Positions 48,419 through 53,054 of a DNA stretch of 53,054 nucleotides are shown in pieces. The position numbers and the translations under genes were made by a program. Below the pieces are notes generated by a model. The model ran no database searches. It saw only the letters and a program-made list of their open reading frames with translations, and was not told the origin of the DNA. Every line of letters starts with the position of its first letter. The stretch's first letter is position 1. This DNA is from Planctomycetales bacterium (GTDB lineage Bacteria; Omnitrophota; Gorgyraeia; Zapsychrales; Zapsychraceae). The stretch lies in the NCBI GenBank assembly GCA_005239675.1, contig SBBO01000014.1, forward strand, positions 1 through 53,054, read 5' to 3'.

Positions 48419-50056
48419 ATGTCTGATGCGTTAATATTAAAACGTTTAGCAAAATTTCACGGCCGCAAGGGCCCACTCCTTTTGATTATTTTAGATGGTG
48501 TGGGCATCGGTAGACGCGATGAGAGTGACGGCGTCTTTATGGCCAAGACACCATGTTTAGACCGGCTGATGCATGGCAAGCTCTACACCACCCTCAAGGC
48601 CCACGGCAGGGCTGTGGGGATGCCTTCGGATAGCGATATGGGCAATAGTGAGGTGGGTCACAATGCCTTAGGTGTTGGCAGGGTCTTTGACCAGGGGGCC
48701 ACGCTGGTGTCCCGGGCGATTGCGAATGGCAGTATTTTTAAAACCCCTATTTGGAGAGAATTAGTTGCCCGGGCCAAGCGCCCTGGGCAGACTTTTCATT
48801 TTATCGGATTGTTGTCCGATGGCAATGTTCATTCTCACACGGATCATTTATATGCACTGCTACGCCAATGCGCCCAAGAAAAGGTTCAGAGAGTAAGGAT
48901 CCATGCGCTTTTGGACGGCCGCGATGTCCATGAGAAATCTGCCTTGGATTATATTGCCAAGACCGAAGGGGTATTAACTGAACTTAAAAAACAAAACGGG
49001 GTTGATTATCGTATCGCCTCCGGCGGCGGGCGGATGGTGGTGACGATGGATCGTTATGATGCCGATTGGACTATTGTCCAGCGTGGCTGGCAGGCCCATG
49101 TCCTCGGCCAAGGGCGTCAGTTTAGTTCAGCCTCACAGGCCGTGCAGACTTATTACGCCCAGGACCCCCAGATGACAGATCAGTATCTGAACTCTTTTGT
49201 GATTGCCGAGAGCAACTCACCCATCGGCACGATTGAAGATGGCGACACAGTTGTTTTTTATAATTTTCGCGGTGACCGGGCGCTTGAGCTTTCGACTGCC
49301 TTTGAGGCGAAAGATAAATTTACTCGATTCAACCGCGAACGCCTTCCGGATGTTTTATTCGCTGGCATGATGGAATATGATGGAGATCTGCATGTTCCTA
49401 AGCATTATCTTGTGACACCCCCGCAGTTCGAGCGTTGCATAAGCCATTATCTATGCGCTAATGGTATAACGACGTTCGCCGTCTCCGAAACTCAAAAATA
49501 CGGTCATGTGACATACTTCTGGAACGGAAATAATTCTGGATACGTTGATCAGGCATTAGAGACATATGTGGAAATTCCATCGGATAAAATCCGATTTGAT
49601 AAGGCGCCACGGATGAAGGCTGAGGAAATTACACATAAGACAATTGAGCTTTTAAGAACCGGCCGTTATCAATTTGGGCGGATTAACTTTCCTAATGGAG
49701 ATATGGTGGGGCATACCGGTGTCGAGCGGGCGATCATCGCGGCGGTCGAGTGTGTCGATCAATGTACCGATGAGCTTATCCGTGTCGTTGACGAACTGGG
49801 CGGGATAACGCTTGTCTTGGCAGACCATGGCAACGCCGATGAGATGTTCACGGTCAAGAACGGTAAGAAAATCGTTAGTACCGCCCACTCTCTCAATCCT
49901 GTTCCGTGTGTGATTGTCGATTCCGGCTATCGGGGTGAATATAAATTAGCCCAACTTTCCCAAAGGGGTTTATCCAATATCGCAGCAACACTATTTAATC
50001 TCTTGGGATTTGAGAAACCGCAGGATTATGATCCTTCGTTGATTGAATTTCTCTAG
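48419..50056 (+). CDS. gpmI: 2,3-bisphosphoglycerate-independent phosphoglycerate mutase
   Basis: ILDGVG, MGNSEVGH, DGRD, NFRGDR, ETQKYGHVT, NGDMVGH, DHGN, TAHSLNPVP. Confidence 0.96.
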   Translation: MSDALILKRLAKFHGRKGPLLLIILDGVGIGRRDESDGVFMAKTPCLDRLMHGKLYTTLKAHGRAVGMPSDSDMGNSEVGHNALGVGRVFDQGATLVSRAIANGSIFKTPIWRELVARAKRPGQTFHFIGLLSDGNVHSHTDHLYALLRQCAQEKVQRVRIHALLDGRDVHEKSALDYIAKTEGVLTELKKQNGVDYRIASGGGRMVVTMDRYDADWTIVQRGWQAHVLGQGRQFSSASQAVQTYYAQDPQMTDQYLNSFVIAESNSPIGTIEDGDTVVFYNFRGDRALELSTAFEAKDKFTRFNRERLPDVLFAGMMEYDGDLHVPKHYLVTPPQFERCISHYLCANGITTFAVSETQKYGHVTYFWNGNNSGYVDQALETYVEIPSDKIRFDKAPRMKAEEITHKTIELLRTGRYQFGRINFPNGDMVGHTGVERAIIAAVECVDQCTDELIRVVDELGGITLVLADHGNADEMFTVKNGKKIVSTAHSLNPVPCVIVDSGYRGEYKLAQLSQRGLSNIAATLFNLLGFEKPQDYDPSLIEFL

Positions 50057-50067
50057 GGGATGCTCTC

Positions 50068-50784
50068 ATGACATGGCAATGGGCGGGGATAGTCGTGGCG
50101 GTTATAATTCTCATCGGCTGCTTTTGTGTCTTCTTTGATCATGCTGTCTTGACGCGCCGTGGAACCGTCTATCGGGTTAAGACCTCTCAAAGGAAGGTCG
50201 CCATTACTTTTGATGACGGACCATCGCCTGTTTGGACGCCCCTTATCTTAGATGAGTTAAAAAAAGCCAGTGTCAAGGCGACATTTTTTATGATCGGCCA
50301 TCATGCCCGGAAATACCCCGCCATCGCACGCCGCGTCGCGCAGGAAGGTCACACGATTGGTAACCACGGTTATGCCCACAGCGTCGTTTTGTATTACACC
50401 CCCGCCGAACTCGAGGAGGAGATTAAATACACGGAACAGGTGATCCGAGAAGTGACCGGTCAGACAACAAAGATTTTTCGTCCTCCCAAGGCGTGGTTAA
50501 ATCATTTCAGCAAGAATAAAATTAAAGAGATGGGCTATGAGACAGTCTTGTGGTCGCTTAATTCTAAAGATTGGGTAGGGTTCCCCTATCGACAGATTGC
50601 CCGTCATCTGGTGTCTCGCGCGCAAAATGGCGATATCCTCCTTTTCCATGATAGCGGCAATGTCTTTACGCCAGAGGGAGGCGATCGCCATGGAACCGTT
50701 AAGATCATACCGCTTTTAGTGAAGGGACTGAAAGAAAAGGGATTGGAATGTGTCTCCCTCAAGGAGTTGATGAATGATTTCTAA
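50068..50784 (+). CDS. polysaccharide deacetylase (CE4/NodB), membrane-anchored
   Basis: TFDDGP, HGYAH, FRPP, DW, LFHD; N-terminal TM helix. Confidence 0.92.
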   Translation: MTWQWAGIVVAVIILIGCFCVFFDHAVLTRRGTVYRVKTSQRKVAITFDDGPSPVWTPLILDELKKASVKATFFMIGHHARKYPAIARRVAQEGHTIGNHGYAHSVVLYYTPAELEEEIKYTEQVIREVTGQTTKIFRPPKAWLNHFSKNKIKEMGYETVLWSLNSKDWVGFPYRQIARHLVSRAQNGDILLFHDSGNVFTPEGGDRHGTVKIIPLLVKGLKEKGLECVSLKELMNDF

Positions 50785-52459
50785 AAATGATACGTTCGAG
50801 ACAATGGGCCACGCAAGGCTTTTAGCCATGCTTGCCTTTGTTGGATACTTTTTTTTAATGATCGGTAACGGGATTATCAGCTTAACGCATCCCGATGAAG
50901 TTTTTTATGTCCAGACCGCCAAGGAGATGATTCGACACAAGAGCTGGCTGGTGCCGATCATCTTTGATAGTCCGCAGTTTGAGAAGCCCATATTATTTTA
51001 TTGGCTATTGGCAGGGGCGATTAAACAATTTGGTGAAACAGCTTTTGTGGCCAGGTTCTGGCCGTCTTTTTTTGCGATCATCGGTATTGGTGTGACGTAT
51101 TTGATCGCCTGGATCTTATTTGGAAAGAAAAGAACTGCTTTTTTGTCGGGGTTAATCCTTGCTAGCAGTTTTATCTATCTTGCCTTGGCCCGCGCTGTCC
51201 TGACCGACATGGTTTTTTCCGTGTGGGTTGTCATGGCTATTACTCTATTTTGTTGGGCATATCATTGCCCGCAACGGGCCAATAGGGCAATAGTCCTCTG
51301 GGGGGCGGTCATGGGTTGTGCTGTCCTCACCAAAGGGCTGCTGGGGATTGTATTGCCGGGGGTGGTCATCCTAAGCTTCTTAATTTTTAAAAATGACTTG
51401 GTTTTTTTAAAAAGATGGTCGGTCATCTTAGGGGCGGCAGTTTTCTTTGCGATCGCCGTGCCGTGGCACGTCTTGATGTATCAATGGCATGGGCAAGGAT
51501 TTGTGCAGGAGTATTTTTACAATATTCATCTGCGTCGGATCCTAGAGGCCGAACATGCCCGACTGGATAATGGGTACTTTTATCTGTGGCTTATGTTTGC
51601 CGGTGTTCTGCCGTGGAGCTTTTTTTGGCCAGCCACCGGCCATTGGTTGTGGAGACAATTGCGCACAAAGGCCCTCCAGCATGACCGCCTGGTTTTTCTC
51701 TTGGCATGGATCGTGGGCATATATGCGATCGTTCAGTTAGCACACTCTAAACTGGCCAGCTATATCTTTCCTGTCTTTCCCGCCATTGCAATCCTGCTCG
51801 CTCGTTTTCTGGATCATGAGTTGACTATGGTCGCTCCAGCTGGTCGCTCCAAGGTCTTGACTGTCTGTGGTCATGTCTTTATGGGATTTTTGGGGTTATT
51901 GATACTGGGCGCATGGATTGCTGTTTATCGCTACCGGGATTTTGTGCCGCAAATTCAGGGTGTTTATGTCCTGACCTTCCTTTTGATTCTTGTTGCTACT
52001 TTGGTATTCGTGTTTAATCGCCGCAGGGCGTATGTTGCGATGCTTTGCGCGCATACCGGTCTAACGGCGGTGTTATTGATAACGCTATTTTGGTCAGTGC
52101 CGCTTGCGGAGCGATGGGTCTCCTGCAAAGATATCAGTGATCTTTTTAAGACCATTGACCATTCCGATACTGTTGTCTTAGCGAGCAAGTTTTACGTCCG
52201 AGGTATCCGTTATTACACTGATCGCGCCATGGCCGTGATTGATATTAACGGCAAAGGGTTCTTTAGTCCTCATGCCATACCGTTTTTGAATACCGATCAG
52301 AAAGTTTTAGATTTTTTGGCAACTCAGTCGGTCACCTACGCCATTGTTAAGGAAGGTAACGTTGAGGATCTCAGGCGTATCACGACGGGCCACCCTTACC
52401 ACCTAGAAGAATTACAGGGTATTGGTGGGAAATATATCTTGCGTATCTCGAGGATTTGA
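50774..52459 (+). CDS. ArnT-like (GT83/PMT) lipid-phosphate-dependent glycosyltransferase
   Basis: PDEVFY..TAKEM, FEKPILFYW, LTKG, PWH, SKLASYIFP; many TM helices. Confidence 0.9.
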   Translation: MISKNDTFETMGHARLLAMLAFVGYFFLMIGNGIISLTHPDEVFYVQTAKEMIRHKSWLVPIIFDSPQFEKPILFYWLLAGAIKQFGETAFVARFWPSFFAIIGIGVTYLIAWILFGKKRTAFLSGLILASSFIYLALARAVLTDMVFSVWVVMAITLFCWAYHCPQRANRAIVLWGAVMGCAVLTKGLLGIVLPGVVILSFLIFKNDLVFLKRWSVILGAAVFFAIAVPWHVLMYQWHGQGFVQEYFYNIHLRRILEAEHARLDNGYFYLWLMFAGVLPWSFFWPATGHWLWRQLRTKALQHDRLVFLLAWIVGIYAIVQLAHSKLASYIFPVFPAIAILLARFLDHELTMVAPAGRSKVLTVCGHVFMGFLGLLILGAWIAVYRYRDFVPQIQGVYVLTFLLILVATLVFVFNRRRAYVAMLCAHTGLTAVLLITLFWSVPLAERWVSCKDISDLFKTIDHSDTVVLASKFYVRGIRYYTDRAMAVIDINGKGFFSPHAIPFLNTDQKVLDFLATQSVTYAIVKEGNVEDLRRITTGHPYHLEELQGIGGKYILRISRI

Positions 52460-52475
52460 TCAAGGGAAATAGCTA

Positions 52476-52895
52476 ATGCTGGAGACAAGAAAAGAGAAGG
52501 AATTGCAAAAAAGGATGCGCCAGCTGGGTGTTTATGAAAAGGATATCCGCGAGATGTTTGTGCGTGCCTCTGGCCCTGGGGGACAGAATGTCAATAAGAC
52601 GGCGACGTGTGTCGTGTTACGCCATGTGCCCACCGGCATTCAGGTCAAGTGTCAAGAGGAGCGCTCGCAGCGGTTCAACCGTCACAAGGCGCGCCGGTTG
52701 ATTTTAGAAAAGATTGAACAAAAGAGAAAACTGGAACAGCTGCGTCTTGTTGGAGAGAAGGAGCGAGAAAGGCGCCGGCGACGTAAACGCCCCACAGCAC
52801 TGCAAGAAAAAATCCTTGCGGCAAAGCGTTATCGATCGGCCCAAAAGATGGCACGCCATAAAATTGATTTACGAAATCTGCAAGTCTATACGTAA
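52476..52895 (+). CDS. stand-alone GGQ peptidyl-tRNA hydrolase (ArfB / C12orf65-like rescue factor)
   Basis: ASGPGGQNVNK, HVPTGI.VKCQ.ERSQ; very basic C-terminal tail; no codon-recognition domain. Confidence 0.88.
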   Translation: MLETRKEKELQKRMRQLGVYEKDIREMFVRASGPGGQNVNKTATCVVLRHVPTGIQVKCQEERSQRFNRHKARRLILEKIEQKRKLEQLRLVGEKERERRRRRKRPTALQEKILAAKRYRSAQKMARHKIDLRNLQVYT

Positions 52896-52908
52896 CCAAC
52901 GCACAGCG

Positions 52909-52917
52909 TGGTATAAT
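52909..52917 (+). promoter_or_regulatory. extended -10 promoter for a gene beyond the window
   Basis: TGGTATAAT just after the last stop codon. Confidence 0.4.
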
Positions 52918-53054
52918 AAAGACTATTTTATTGACCTTTGCACAACTAAAGAAAATAAGGAAGTCAATATTAAGCAAAGGTCGTTATACCCCTGCTTACC
53001 TTATAAAATTATAGAAGAAGCAGGGACGTCCCAACTTCCTCTGAAATGTTTAAA

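Noticed and set aside
1-53054. CRISPR arrays, tRNA/rRNA genes, transposases, prophage or defence genes
   Set aside because: None seen; intergenic gaps are short and lack regularly spaced repeats or tRNA signatures.

Overview
This 53-kb window is bacterial chromosome with about 60 supportable genes, all on the + strand. The organism is diderm (secretin, OprB porin); the gene content and extreme co-orientation suggest the PVC group, possibly Ca. Omnitrophota, but this is inference only. In order: a PilZ / Zn-finger / PilZ / small-membrane-protein cluster, RluA, a MazG-like protein, a lipoprotein, uvrB and coaX. Next come a cold-shock gene with a terminator-like hairpin in its leader and a group IIC intron 5' remnant behind its terminator, then amrS, sodC, an isochorismatase-like hydrolase, acs-cobB, a decayed vapBC locus and a YbhB/YbcL gene. 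These are followed by a mycobacterial Sdh1-type succinate dehydrogenase operon, an OprB porin, an M28 peptidase, tex, hemN-hemE-hemG, lipoprotein-resB-ccsA-moeA and a 12-gene type II secretion/type IV pilus-like cluster. The window ends with a SpoU methylase, a GldAFG-like ABC system, a CmpX-like protein, a three-gene unit built on a ParA ATPase fused to a glycogen-binding CBM48 domain, a plant-type gpmI, a deacetylase + ArnT-like pair and a GGQ ribosome-rescue factor. The best candidate for an undescribed system is the orphan ParA-CBM48 unit (46233-48289), possibly a glycogen/glucan-granule positioning system. No rRNA, tRNA or CRISPR array was seen. All family calls come from motif recognition by eye, not database searches.
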